From Eledone cirrhosa (Eukaryota), in contig OZ024753.1 in the NCBI GenBank assembly GCA_964016885.1, forward strand, positions 21,452,001 to 21,516,000: a stretch of DNA of 64,000 bases, in the 5' to 3' direction. Numbering within the stretch: position 1 is the first letter of the stretch; each line of letters starts with the position of its first letter. Positions 22,301 through 37,300 of this stretch are shown one piece after another. The notes under the pieces were generated by a model. That model was not told the DNA's origin. It searched no databases and was given only the letters and a program-made list of their open reading frames with translations. Made by a program: the position numbers and the translations under genes.

Positions 22301-25300
22301 CAGTAGTGACCAGACCTGACATAACTCATGCTAGTCTTAGTAGTGACCAGACCTGACATAACCCATGCTAGCCTTAGTAGTGACCAGACCTGACATAACC
22401 CATGCTAGCCTCAATAGTGACCAGACCTGACATAACCCATGCTAGCCTCAGTAGTGACCAGACCTGATATAACCCATGCTAGACTTAGTAGTGACCAGAC
22501 CTGACATAACCCATGCTAGCCTTAGTAGTGACCAGACCTGACATAACCCATGCTAGCCTTAGTAGTGACCAGACCTACATAACCCATGCTAGACTTAGTA
22601 GTGACCAGACCTGACATAACCCATGCTAGCCTTAGTAGTGACCAGACCTGACATAACCCATGCTAGCCTTAGCAGTGACCAGACCTGACATAACCCATGC
22701 TAGCCTCAGTAGTGACCAGACCTGACATAACCCAGGCTTGCCTTAGTAGTGACCAGATCTGACATAAACCATGCTAGCCTTAGTAGTGACCAGACCTGAC
22801 ATAACCCATGCTAGCCACAGTAGTGACCAGACCTGACATAAGCCATGCTAGCCTTAGTAGTGACCAGACCTGATATAACCCATGCTAGTCTCAGTAGTGA
22901 TCAGACCTGACATAACCCATGCTAGCCTTAGTACTGACCAGACCTGACATAACCCATGCTAGCCTCAGTAGTGACCAGACCTGACATAACCCAGGCTTGC
23001 CTTAGTAGTGACCAGACCTGACATAACCCATGCTAGCCACAGTAGTGACCAGACCTGACATAAGCCATGCTAGCCTTAGTAGTGACCAGACCTGATATAA
23101 CCCATGCTAGTCTCAGTAGTGACCAGATCTGACATAACCCATGCTAGCCTTAGTACTGACCAGACCTGACATAACCCATGCTAGCCTCAGTAGTGACCAG
23201 ACCTGACATAACCCAGGCTTGCCTTAGTAGTGACCAGATCTGACATAACCCATGCTAGCCACAGTAGTGACCAGACCTGACATAACCCATGCTAGACTTA
23301 GTAGTGACCAGACCTGACATAACCCATGCTACCCTCAGTTATGACCAGACCTGACATAACCCATGCTTGCCTTAGTAGTGACCAGACCTGACATAACCCA
23401 TGCTAGCCTTAGCAGTGACCAGACCTGACATAACCCATGCTAGCCTCAGTAGTGACCAGACCTGACATAACCCATGCTAGCCTCAGTAGGGACGAGACAT
23501 GACATAATCCATGCTAGCCTTAGGAGTGACCAGACCTGACATAACCCATGCTAGGCTCAGTAGTGGCCATACCTGACGTAACCAATGCTAGCCTTAGTAG
23601 TGACCAGACTGACGGAACCCCTGCTAGCCTCAGTAGTAGTCAGACCTGACATAAGCCATGTTATCCTCAGTGGTGGCCAGATCTGACATAACCAATGCTA
23701 GCCACAGAGGTGACCAGACCTGACATAACCAATGCTAGCCTCAGTAGAGACCAGACCTGACATAACCCATGCTTGCCTTAGTAGTGAGCAGACTTGACAT
23801 AACCCATGCTAGCCTCAGTAGTGACGAGACCTGACATAACCCATGCTAGCCTTAGTAGTGACCAGACTTGAGATAACCCATGCTAGCCTTAGGTGTGACC
23901 AGACCTGACATAACCCATGCTAGCCTTAGTAGTGACCAGACTTGAGATAACCCATGCTAGACTTAGTAGTGACCAGACCTGACATAACCCATACTAGCCT
24001 TAGTAGTGGTCAGACCTGACATAACTCTTGCTAGTCCCAGAGGTGACCAGACCTGACATAACCCATGCTAGCGAGTGTAGTGACCACCAGACCTGATGTA
24101 ACCCATGCTAGCCTTAGTAGTGGTCAGACCTGACATAACCTATGCTAGCCTCAGGAGTGACCAGACCTGACATAACCCATGCTAGCGAGAGTAGTGACCT
24201 GACCTGACATAACCCATGCTAGCCTTAGTAGTGACCAGACCTGACATAACCCATGCTAGCCTCAGTAGTGACCAGACCTGACATAATCCATGCTAGCGAG
24301 AGTAGTGACCTGACCTGACATAACCCATGCTAGCCACAGTAGTGACCAGACCTGACATAATCGATGCTAGCCTTAGTAGTGACCAGACCTGACATAACCC
24401 ATGCTAGCCCCAGTAGTGACCAGACCTGACATAACCCATGCTAGCCTTAGTAGTGACCAGACCTGACATAACCCATGCTAGCCTTAGTAGTGACCAGACC
24501 TGACGTAACCCATGCTAGCCTTAGTAGTGACCAGAGCTGACATAACCCATGCTAGCCTTAGTAGTGACCAGACCTGACATAACCCATGCTAGCCTTAATA
24601 GTGACCAGACCTGACCTAACCCATGCTAGCCACAGTAGTGACCAGACCTGACATAACCCATTCTAGCCTTAGTAGTGGTCAGACCTGACATAACCCATGC
24701 TAGCCTCAGTAGAGACCAGACCTGACATAACCGATGCTAGCCTCAGTAGTGACCAGACCTGACCTAACCCATGCTAGCCACAGTAGTGACCAGACCTGAC
24801 ATAACCCATTCTAGCCTTAGTAGTGGTCAGACCTGACATAACCCATGCTAGCCTCAGTAGAGACCAGACCTGACATAACCGATGCTAGCCTCAGTAGTGA
24901 CCAGAACTGACATAACCCATGCTAGCCTTAGTAGTGACCAGACCTGACATAACCCATGCTCGCCTCAGTAGTGACCAGACCTGACATAACCCATGCTCGC
25001 CTCAGTAGTGACCAGAACTGACATAACCCATGCTAGCCTTAGTAGTGACCAGACCTGACATAACCCATGCTAGCCTGAGTAATGACCAGAACTGACATAA
25101 CCCATGCTAGCCTCAGTAGTGACCAGACCTGACATAACCCATGCTAGCCTGAGTAATGACCAGAACTGACATAACCCATGCTAGCCTCAGTAGTGACCAG
25201 ACCTGACATAACCCATGCTAGCCTCAGTAGTGACCAGACCTGACATAACCCATGCTAGCCTCAGTAGTGACCAGACCTGACATAAGCCATGCTAGTCTCA

Positions 25301-28300
25301 GTAGTGACCAGACCTGATATAACCCATGCTAGTCTCAGTAGTGACCAGACCTGACATAACCCATGCTAGCCACAGTAGTGACCAGATCTGACATAACCCA
25401 TGCTAGCCTTAGTGGTGACCAGACCTGACATAACCCATGCTAGCCTTAGTAGTGACCAGACCTGACATAACCCATGCTAGCCACAGTAGTGACCAGACCT
25501 GACATAACCCATTCTAGCCTTAGTAGTGACCAGACATGACATAACACATGCTAGCCTTAGTGGTGACCAGACCTGACATAACCCATGCTAGCCACAGTAA
25601 TGACCAGACCTGACATAACCCATGCTAGCCTTAGTAGTGACCAGATCTGACATAACCCATGCTAGCCTTAGTGGTGACCAGACCTGACATAACCCATGCT
25701 AGCCTTAGTAGTGACCAGATCTGACATAACCCATGCTAGCCTCAGTAGTGACCAGACCTGACATAACCCATGCTAGCCTCAGTAGTGACCAGACCTGACA
25801 TAACCCATGCTAGCCTTAGTAGTGGTCAGACCTGACATAACCCATGCTAGCCACAGTAGTGGCCAGACCTGACATAACCCATGCTAGCCTTAGTAGTGAC
25901 CAGACCTGACATAACCCATTCTAGCCACAGTAGTGACCAGACCTGACATAACCCATGCTAGCCTTAGTAGTGGTCAGACCTGACATAACCCATGCTAGCC
26001 TTAGTAATGACCAGACCTGACATAACCCATGCTAGCCTTATTAGTGACCAGACCTGACATAACCCATTCTAGCCACAGTAGTGACCAGACCTGACATAAC
26101 CCATGCTAGCCTTAGTAATGACCAGACCTGACATAACCCATGCTAGCCTTAGTAATGACCAGACCTGACATAACCCATGCTAGCCTTAGTAGTAACCAGA
26201 CCCGACATAACCCATGCTAGCCTTAGTAGTGACCAGACTGACGGAACCCCTGCTAGCCTCAGTTATAGTCAGACCTGACATAAGCCATGTTATCCTCAGT
26301 GGTGGCCAGATCTGACATAACCAATGCTAGCCACAGAGGTGACCAGACCTGACATAACCAATGCTAGCCTCAGTAGAGACCAGACCTGACATAACCCATG
26401 CTTGCCTTAGTAGTGAGCAGACTTGACATAACCCATGCTAGCCTCAGTAGTGACCAGACCTGACATAACCCATGCTAGCCTTAGTAGGGACGAGACCTTA
26501 CATAACCCATGCTAGCCTTAGTAGTGACGAGACCTGACATAACCCATGCTAGCCTTAGTAGTGACCAGACTTGAGATAACCCATGCTAGACTTAGTAGTG
26601 ACCAGACCTGACATAACCCATACTAGCCTTAGTAGTGGTCAGACCTGACATAACTCTTGCTAGTCCCAGAGGTGACCAGACCTGACATAACCCATGCTAG
26701 CGAGTGTAGTGACCACCAGACCTGATGTAACCCATGCTAGCCTTAGTAGTGGTCAGACCTGACATAACCTATGCTAGCCTCAGGAGTGACCAGACCTGAC
26801 ATAACCCATGCTAGCGAGAGTAGTGACCTGACCTGACATAACCCATGCTAGCCTTAGTAGTGACCAGACCTGACATAACCCATGCTAGCCTCAGTAGTGA
26901 CCAGACCTGACATAATCCATGCTAGCGAGAGTAGTGACCTGACCTGACATAACCCATGCTAGCCACAGTAGTGACCAGACCTGACATAATCGATGCTAGC
27001 CTTAGTAGTGACCAGACCTGACATAACCCATGCTAGCCCCAGTAGTGACCAGACCTGACATAACCCATGCTAGCCTTAGTAGTGACCAGACCTGACATAA
27101 CCCATGCTAGCCTTAGTAGTGACCAGACCTGACGTAACCCATGCTAGCCTTAGTAGTGACCAGACCTGACATAACCCATGCTAGCCTTAGTAGTGACCAG
27201 ACCTGACATAACCCATGCTAGCCTTAGTAGTGACCAGACCTGACGTAACCCATGCTAGCCTTAATAGTGACCAGACCTGACCTAACCCATGCTAGCCTTA
27301 GTAGTGGTCAGACCTGACATAACCCATTCTAGCCTTAGTAGTGGTCAGACCTGACATAACCCATGCTAGCCTCAGTAGAGACCAGACCTGACATAACCGA
27401 TGCTAGCCTCAGTAGTGACCAGACCTGACCTAACCCATGCTAGCCACAGTAGTGACCAGACCTGACATAACCCATTCTAGCCTTAGTAGTGGTCAGGCCT
27501 GACATAACCCATGCTAGCCTCAGTAGAGACCAGACCTGACATAACCGATGCTAGCCTCAGTAGTGACCAGAACTGACATAACCCATGCTAGCCTTAGTAG
27601 TGACCAGAGCTGACATAACCCATGCTCACCTCAGTAGTGACCAGACCTGACATAACCCATACTAGCCTCAGTAGTGACCAGACCTGACATAACCCATGCT
27701 CGCCTCAGTAGTGACCAGAACTGACATAACCCATGCTAGCCTTAGTAGTGACCAGACCTGACATAACCCATGCTAGCCTGAGTAATGACCAGAACTTACA
27801 TAACCCATGCTAGCCTCAGTAGTGACCAGACCTGACATAACCCATGCTAGCCTGAGTAATGACCAGAACTGACATAACCCATGCTAGCCTCAGTAGTGAC
27901 CAGACCTGACATAACCCATGCTAGCCTGAGTAATGACCAGAACTGACATAACCCATGCTAGCCTCAGTAGTGACCAGACCTGACATAACCCATGCTAGCC
28001 TGAGTAGTGACCAGACCTGACATAAGCCATGCTAGTCTCAGTAGTGACCAGACCTGATATAACCCATGCTAGTCTCAGTAGTGACCAGACCTGACATAAC
28101 CCATGCTAGCCTCAGTAGTGACCAGACCTGACATAAGCCATGCTAGTCTCAGTAGTGACCAGACCTGACATAAGCCATGCTAGTCTCAGTAGTGACCAGA
28201 CCTGACATAAGCCATGCTAGTCTCAGTAGTGACCAGACCTGACATAAGCCATGCTAGTCTCAGTAGTGACCAGACCTGATATAACCCATGCTAGTCTCAG

Positions 28301-31300
28301 TAGTGACCAGACCTGACATAACCCATGCTAGCCACAGTAGTGACCAGATCTGACATAACCCATGCTAGCCTTAGTGGTGACCAGACCTGACATAACCCAT
28401 GCTAGCCTTAGTAGTGACCAGACCTGACATAACCCATGCTAGCCACAGTAGTGACCAGACCTGACATAACCCATTCTAGCCTTAGTAGTGACCAGACATG
28501 ACATAACACATGCTAGCCTTAGTAGTGACCAGACCTGACTTAACCCATGCTAGCCTTAGTGGTGACCAGACCTGACATAACCCATGCTAGCCACAGTAAT
28601 GACCAGACCTGACATAACCCATGCTAGCCTTAGTAGTGACCAGATCTGACATAACCCATGCTAGCCTTAGTGGTGACCAGACCTGACATAACCCATGCTA
28701 GCCTTAGTAGTGACCAGATCTGACATAACCCATTCTAGCCACAGTAGTGACCAGACCTGACATAACCCATGCTAGCCTTAGTAGTGGTCAGACCTGACAT
28801 AACCCATGCTAGCCTTAGTAATGACCAGACCTGACATAACCCATGCTAGCCTTAGTAGTGACCAGACCTGACATAACCCATTCTAGCCACAGTAGTGACC
28901 AGACCTGACATAACCCATGCTAGCCTTAGTAATGACCAGACCTGACATAACCCATGCTAGCCTTAGTAATGACCAGACCTGACATAACCCATGCTAGCCT
29001 TAGTAGTAACCAGACCCGACATAACCCATGCTAGCCTTAGTAGTGACCAGACTGACGGAACCCCTGCTAGCCTCAGTTATAGTCAGACCTGACATAAGCC
29101 ATGTTATCCTCAGTGGTGGCCAGATCTGACATAACCAATGCTAGCCACAGAGGTGACCAGACCTGACATAACCAATGCTAGCCTCAGTAGAGACCAGACC
29201 TGACATAACCCATGCTTGCCTTAGTAGTGAGCAGACTTGACATAACCCATGCTAGCCTCAGTAGTGACCAGACCTGACATAACCCATGCTAGCCTTAGTA
29301 GGGACGAGACCTTACATAACCCATGCTAGCCTTAGTAGTGACGAGACCTGACATAACCCATGCTAGCCTTAGTAGTGACCAGACTTGAGATAACCCATGC
29401 TAGACTTAGTAGTGACCAGACCTGACATAACCCATACTAGCCTTAGTAGTGGTCAGACCTGACATAACTCTTGCTAGTCCCAGAGGTGACCAGACCTGAC
29501 ATAACCCATGCTAGCGAGTGTAGTGACCACCAGACCTGATGTAACCCATGCTAGCCTTAGTAGTGGTCAGACCTGACATAACCTATGCTAGCCTCAGGAG
29601 TGACCAGACCTGACATAACCCATGCTAGCGAGAGTAGTGACCTGACCTGACATAACCCATGCTAGCCTTAGTAGTGACCAGACCTGACATAACCCATGCT
29701 AGCCTCAGTAGTGACCAGACCTGACATAATCCATGCTAGCGAGAGTAGTGACCTGACCTGACATAACCCATGCTAGCCACAGTAGTGACCAGACCTGACA
29801 TAATCGATGCTAGCCTTAGTAGTGACCAGACCTGACATAACCCATGCTAGCCCCAGTAGTGACCAGACCTGACATAACCCATGCTAGCCTTAGTAGTGAC
29901 CAGACCTGACATAACCCATGCTAGCCTTAGTAGTGACCAGACCTGACGTAACCCATGCTAGCCTTAGTAGTGACCAGACCTGACATAACCCATGCTAGCC
30001 TTAGTAGTGACCAGACCTGACATAACCCATGCTAGCCTTAGTAGTGACCAGACCTGACGTAACCCATGCTAGCCTTAATAGTGACCAGACCTGACCTAAC
30101 CCATGCTAGCCTTAGTAGTGGTCAGACCTGACATAACCCATTCTAGCCTTAGTAGTGGTCAGACCTGACATAACCCATGCTAGCCTCAGTAGAGACCAGA
30201 CCTGACATAACCGATGCTAGCCTCAGTAGTGACCAGACCTGACCTAACCCATGCTAGCCACAGTAGTGACCAGACCTGACATAACCCATTCTAGCCTTAG
30301 TAGTGGTCAGACCTGACATAACCCATGCTAGCCTCAGTAGAGACCAGACCTGACATAACCGATGCTAGCCTCAGTAGTGACCAGAACTGACATAACCCAT
30401 GCTAGCCTTAGTAGTGACCAGAGCTGACATAACCCATGCTCACCTCAGTAGTGACCAGACCTGACATAACCCATACTAGCCTCAGTAGTGACCAGACCTG
30501 ACATAACCCATGCTCGCCTCAGTAGTGACCAGAACTGACATAACCCATGCTAGCCTTAGTAGTGACCAGACCTGACATAACCCATGCTAGCCTGAGTAAT
30601 GACCAGAACTTACATAACCCATGCTAGCCTCAGTAGTGACCAGACCTGACATAACCCATGCTAGCCTGAGTAATGACCAGAACTGACATAACCCATGCTA
30701 GCCTCAGTAGTGACCAGACCTGACATAACCCATGCTAGCCTGAGTAATGACCAGAACTGACATAACCCATGCTAGCCTCAGTAGTGACCAGACCTGACAT
30801 AACCCATGCTAGCCTGAGTAGTGACCAGACCTGACATAAGCCATGCTAGTCTCAGTAGTGACCAGACCTGATATAACCCATGCTAGTCTCAGTAGTGACC
30901 AGACCTGACATAACCCATGCTAGCCTCAGTAGTGACCAGACCTGACATAAGCCATGCTAGTCTCAGTAGTGACCAGACCTGACATAAGCCATGCTAGTCT
31001 CAGTAGTGACCAGACCTGACATAAGCCATGCTAGTCTCAGTAGTGACCAGACCTGACATAAGCCATGCTAGTCTCAGTAGTGACCAGACCTGATATAACC
31101 CATGCTAGTCTCAGTAGTGACCAGACCTGACATAACCCATGCTAGCCACAGTAGTGACCAGATCTGACATAACCCATGCTAGCCTTAGTGGTGACCAGAC
31201 CTGACATAACCCATGCTAGCCTTAGTAGTGACCAGACCTGACATAACCCATGCTAGCCACAGTAGTGACCAGACCTGACATAACCCATTCTAGCCTTAGT

Positions 31301-34300
31301 AGTGACCAGACATGACATAACACATGCTAGCCTTAGTAGTGACCAGACCTGACTTAACCCATGCTAGCCTTAGTGGTGACCAGAACTGACATAACCCATG
31401 CTAGCCTTAGTAGTGACCAGAGCTGACATAACCCATGCTCACCTCAGTAGTGACCAGACCTGACATAACCCATACTAGCCTCAGTAGTGACCAGACCTGA
31501 CATAACCCATGCTCGCCTCAGTAGTGACCAGAACTGACATAACCCATGCTAGCCTTAGTAGTGACCAGACCTGACATAACCCATGCTAGCCTGAGTAATG
31601 ACCAGAACTTACATAACCCATGCTAGCCTCAGTAGTGACCAGACCTGACATAACCCATGCTAGCCTGAGTAATGACCAGAACTGACATAACCCATGCTAG
31701 CCTCAGTAGTGACCAGACCTGACATAACCCATGCTAGCCTGAGTAATGACCAGAACTGACATAACCCATGCTAGCCTCAGTAGTGACCAGACCTGACATA
31801 ACCCATGCTAGCCTGAGTAGTGACCAGACCTGACATAAGCCATGCTAGTCTCAGTAGTGACCAGACCTGATATAACCCATGCTAGTCTCAGTAGTGACCA
31901 GACCTGACATAACCCATGCTAGCCTCAGTAGTGACCAGACCTGACATAAGCCATGCTAGCCTGAGTAATGACCAGAACTGACATAACCCATGCTAGCCTC
32001 AGTAGTGACCAGACCTGACATAACCCATGCTAGCCTGAGTAGTGACCAGACCTGACATAAGCCATGCTAGTCTCAGTAGTGACCAGACCTGATATAACCC
32101 ATGCTAGTCTCAGTAGTGACCAGACCTGACATAACCCATGCTAGCCTCAGTAGTGACCAGACCTGACATAAGCCATGCTAGTCTCAGTATTGACCAGACC
32201 TGACATAAGCCATGCTAGTCTCAGTAGTGACCAGACCTGACATAAGCCATGCTAGTCTCAGTAGTGACCAGACCTGACATAAGCCATGCTAGTCTCAGTA
32301 GTGACCAGACCTGATATAACCCATGCTAGTCTCAGTAGTGACCAGACCTGACATAACCCATGCTAGCCACAGTAGTGACCAGATCTGACATAACCCATGC
32401 TAGCCTTAGTGGTGACCAGACCTGACATAACCCATGCTAGCCTTAGTAGTGACCAGACCTGACATAACCCATGCTAGCCACAGTAGTGACCAGACCTGAC
32501 ATAACCCATTCTAGCCTTAGTAGTGACCAGACATGACATAACACATGCTAGCCTTAGTAGTGACCAGACCTGACTTAACCCATGCTAGCCTTAGTGGTGA
32601 CCAGACCTGACATAACCCATGCTAGCCACAGTAATGACCAGACCTGACATAACCCATGCTAGCCTTAGTAGTGACCAGATCTGACATAACCCATGCTAGC
32701 CTTAGTGGTGACCAGACCTGACATAACCCATGCTAGCCTTAGTAGTGACCAGATCTGACATAACCCATGCTAGCCTCAGTAGTGACCAGACCTGACATAA
32801 CCCATGCTAGCCTCAGTAGTGACCAGACCTGACATAACCCATGCTAGCCTTAGTAGTGGTCAGACCTGACATAACCCATGCTAGCCACAGTAGTGGCCAG
32901 ACCTGACATAACCCATGCTAGCCTTAGTAGTGACCAGACCTGACATAACCCATTCTAGCCACAGTAGTGACCAGACCTGACATAACCCATGCTAGCCTTA
33001 GTAGTGGTCAGACCTGACATAACCCATGCTAGCCTTAGTAATGACCAGACCTGACATAACCCATGCTAGCCTTAGTAGTGACCAGACCTGACATAACCCA
33101 TTCTAGCCACAGTAGTGACCAGACCTGACATAACCCATGCTAGCCTTAGTAGTGGTCAGACCTGACATAACCCATGCTAGCCTTATTAGTGACCAGACCT
33201 GACATAACCCATGCTAGCCTTAGTAGTGACCAGACCTGACATAACCCATGCTAGCCTTAGTAGTGACGAGATCTGACATAACCCATGCTAGCCATAGTAG
33301 TGACCAGACCCGACATAACCCATGCTAGCCTTAGTATTGACCAGATCTGACATAACTCATGCTAGCCTTAGTAGTGACCAGACCTGACATAACCCATGCT
33401 AGGCTCAGTAGTGACCGGACCTGTCATAACACATGCTAGCCTTAGTAGTGACCAGACCTGACATAAGCCATGCTAGCCTTAGTAGTGACCAGACATGACA
33501 TAACCCATGCTAGCCCCTTTAGTGGCCAGACCTGACATAACCCATGTTAGCCTTAGTAGTGGCCAGACCTGACATAACCCATGCTAGCCTTAGTAGTGAC
33601 CAGACCTGACATAACCCATGCTAGCCACAGAGGTGACCAGACCTGACATTACCCATGCATGACTTAGTAGTGACCAGACCTGACATAACCCATGCTAGAC
33701 TCAGTAGTGACCAGACCTGACATAACACATGCTAGCCTTAGTAGTGACCAGACCTGACATAACCCATGTTATCCTTAGTAGTGGTCTGACCAAACATAGC
33801 CCATACTAGCCACAGAGGTGACCAGACCTGACATAAACCATGCTAGACTCAGTAGTGACCAGACCTGACGTAACCCATGCTAGCCTCAGTAGTGACCAGA
33901 CCTGACATAACCCATGCTAGCGAGAGTAGTGACCAGACCTGACATAACCCATGCTAGTCTTAGTAGTGACCAGACCTGACATAACCCATGCTAGCCTTAG
34001 TAGTGGTCAGACCTGATATAAACCATGTTATCCTCAGTAGTGACCAGACCTGACATAATCCATGCTAGCGAGAGTAGTGACCTGACCTGACATAACCCAT
34101 GCTAGACTTAGTAGTGACCAGACCTGATATAATCGATGCTAGCCTCAGTAGTGACCAGACCTGACATAAGCCATGTTATCCTCAGTAGTGGTCTGACCAG
34201 ACATACCCCATGCTAGCCACAGAGGTGACCAGACCTGACATAAACCATGCTAGACTCAGTAGTGACCAGACCTGACATAACCCATGCTAGCCTTAGTAGT

Positions 34301-37300
34301 GACCAGACCTGACATACCCCATGATAGCCACAGAGGTTACCAGACCTGACATAAACCATGCTTGACTCAGTAGTCACCAGACCTGACATAACCCATGCTA
34401 GCCTTAGGAGTGACCAGACCTGACTTAACCCATGCTAGCCTCAGTAGTGACCAGACATGACATAACACATGCTAGCCTTAGTAGTGACCAGACCTGACAT
34501 AAGCCATGCTAGCCACAGTAGTGACCAGACCTGACATAACCCATGCTAGCCTTAGTAGTGACCAGACCTGACATAACCCATGCTAGCCACAGTAGTGACC
34601 AGACCTGACATAACCCATATTATCCACAGTAGTGGCCAGACCTGACATAACCAATGCTAGTCTTAGTAGTGACCAAACTGACAGAACCCATGCTAGCCTC
34701 AGTAGTGGTCAGACCTGACATAAACCATGTTATCCTCAGTAGTGGCCAGACCTGACATAACCAATGCTAGCCACAGAGGTGACCAGACCTGAGATAACCC
34801 ATGCTAGACTCAGTAGTGACCAGATCTGACATAACCCATGCTAGCCTCAGTAGAGACCAGACCTGACATAACCCATGCTTGCCTTAGTAGTGACCAGACC
34901 TGACATAACCCATGCTAGCCTTAGTAATGACCAGACCTGACATAACCCATGCTAGCCTTAGTAGTGACCAGACCTGACATAACCCATTCTAGCCTTAGTA
35001 GTGACCAGACCTGACATAACCCATGCTAGCCTCAGTAGTGACCAGACCTGACATAACCCATGCTAGCCTTAGTAGTGACCAGACCTGACATAACCCATGC
35101 TAGCCTTAGTAGTGACCAGACCTGACATAACCCATTCTAGCCTCAGTGGTGACCAGACCTGACATAACCCATGCTAGTCTCAGTAGTGACCAGACCTGAC
35201 ATAACCCATGCTAGCCTTAGTAGTGACCAGACCTGACATAACCCATGCTAGTCTCAGTAGTGACCAGACCTGACATAACCCATTCTAGCCTCAGTGGTGA
35301 CCAGACCTGACATAACCCATGCTAGCCTCAGTAATGACCAGACCTGACATAACCCATGCTAGCCTTAGTAGTGACCAGACCTGACATAACCCATTCTAGC
35401 CTTAGTAGTGACCAGACCTGACATAACCCATGCTAGCCTCAGTAGTGACCAGACCTGACATAACCCATGCTAGCCTTAGTAGTGACCAGACCTGACATAA
35501 CCCATGCTAGTCTCAGTAGTGACCAGACCTGACATAACCCATGCTAGCCTTAGTAGTGACCAGACCTGACATAACCCATTCTAGCCTTAGTAGTGACCAG
35601 ACCTGACATAACCCATTCTAGCCTTAGTAGTGGCCAGACCTGACATAACCCATGCTAGCCTTAGTAGTGACCAGACCTGACATAACCCATGCTAGCCTTA
35701 GTAGTGACCAGACCTGACATAACCCATGCTAGACTTAGTAGTGACCACACCTGACATAACCCATGCTAGCCTCAGTAGTGACCAGACCTGACATAACCCA
35801 TGCTAGCCTTAGTAGTGACCAGACCTGACATAACCCATGCTAGCCTTAGTAGTGACCAGACCTGACATAACCCATGCTAGCCTTAGTAATGACCAGACCT
35901 GACATAACCCATGCTAGCCTTAGTAGTGACCAGACCTGACATAACCCATTCTAGCCTTAGTAGTGACCAGACCTGACATAACCCATGCTAGCCTTAGTAG
36001 TGACCAGACCTGACATAACCCATGCTAGCCTTAGTAGTGACCAGACCTGACATAACCCATGCTAGCCTTAGTAGTGACCAGACCTGACATAACCCATGCT
36101 AGCCTTAGTAATGACCAGACCTGACATAACCCATGCTAGCCTTAGTAGTGACCAGACCTGACATAACCCATTCTAGCCTTAGTAGTGACCAGACCTGACA
36201 TAACCCATTCTAGCCTTAGTAGTGACCAGACCTGACATAACCCACGCGAGCCTTAGTAGTGACCAGACCTGACATAACCCATGCTAGCCTTAGTAGTGAC
36301 CAGACCTGACATAACCCATGCTAGCCTTAGTAATGACCAGACATGACATAACCCATGCTAGCCTTAGTAGTGACCAGACCTGACATAACCCATTCTAGCC
36401 TTAGTAGTGACCAGACCTGACATAACCCATGCTAGCCTTAGTAGTGGCCAGACCTGACATAACCCATGCTAGCCTTAGTAATGACCAGACCTGACATAAC
36501 CCATGCTAGCCTTAGTAGTGACCAGACCTGACATAACCCATTCTAGCCTTAGTAGTGACCAGACCTGACATAACCCATGCTAGCCTCAGTAGTGACCAGA
36601 CATGACATAACCCATGCTAGTCTCAGTAGTGACCAGACCTGACATAACCCATGCTAGCCTTAGTAGTGACCAGACCTGACATAACCTATTCTAGCCTTAG
36701 TAGTGACCAGACCTGACATAACCCATGCTAGCCTCAGTAGTGACCAGACATGACATAACCCATGCTAGCCTCAGTAGTGACCAGACCTGACATAACCCAT
36801 GCTAGCCTTAGTAATGACCAGACCTGACATAACCCATGCTAGCCTTAGTAGTGACCAGACCTGACATAACCCATTCTAGCCTTAGTAGTGACCAGACCTG
36901 ACATAACCCATTCTAGCCTTAGTAGTGGCCAGACCTGACATAACCCATGCTAGCCTTAGTAATGACCAGACCTGACATAACCCATGCTAGCCTTAGTAGT
37001 TACCAGACCTGACATAACCCATTCTAGCCTTAGTAGTGACCAGACCTGACATAACCCATGCTAGCCTCAGTAGTGGCCAGACCTGACATAACCCATGCTA
37101 GCCTTAGTAATGACCAGACCTGACATAACCCATGCTAGCCTTAGTAATGACCAGAACTGACATAACCCATGCAGCCTCAGTGGTGACCAGACCTGACATA
37201 ACCCATGCTCGCCTCAGTAGTGACCAGACCTGACATAACCCATGCTAGCCACAGTAGTGGCCAGACCTGACATAACCCATGCTAGCCTTAGTAGTGACGA

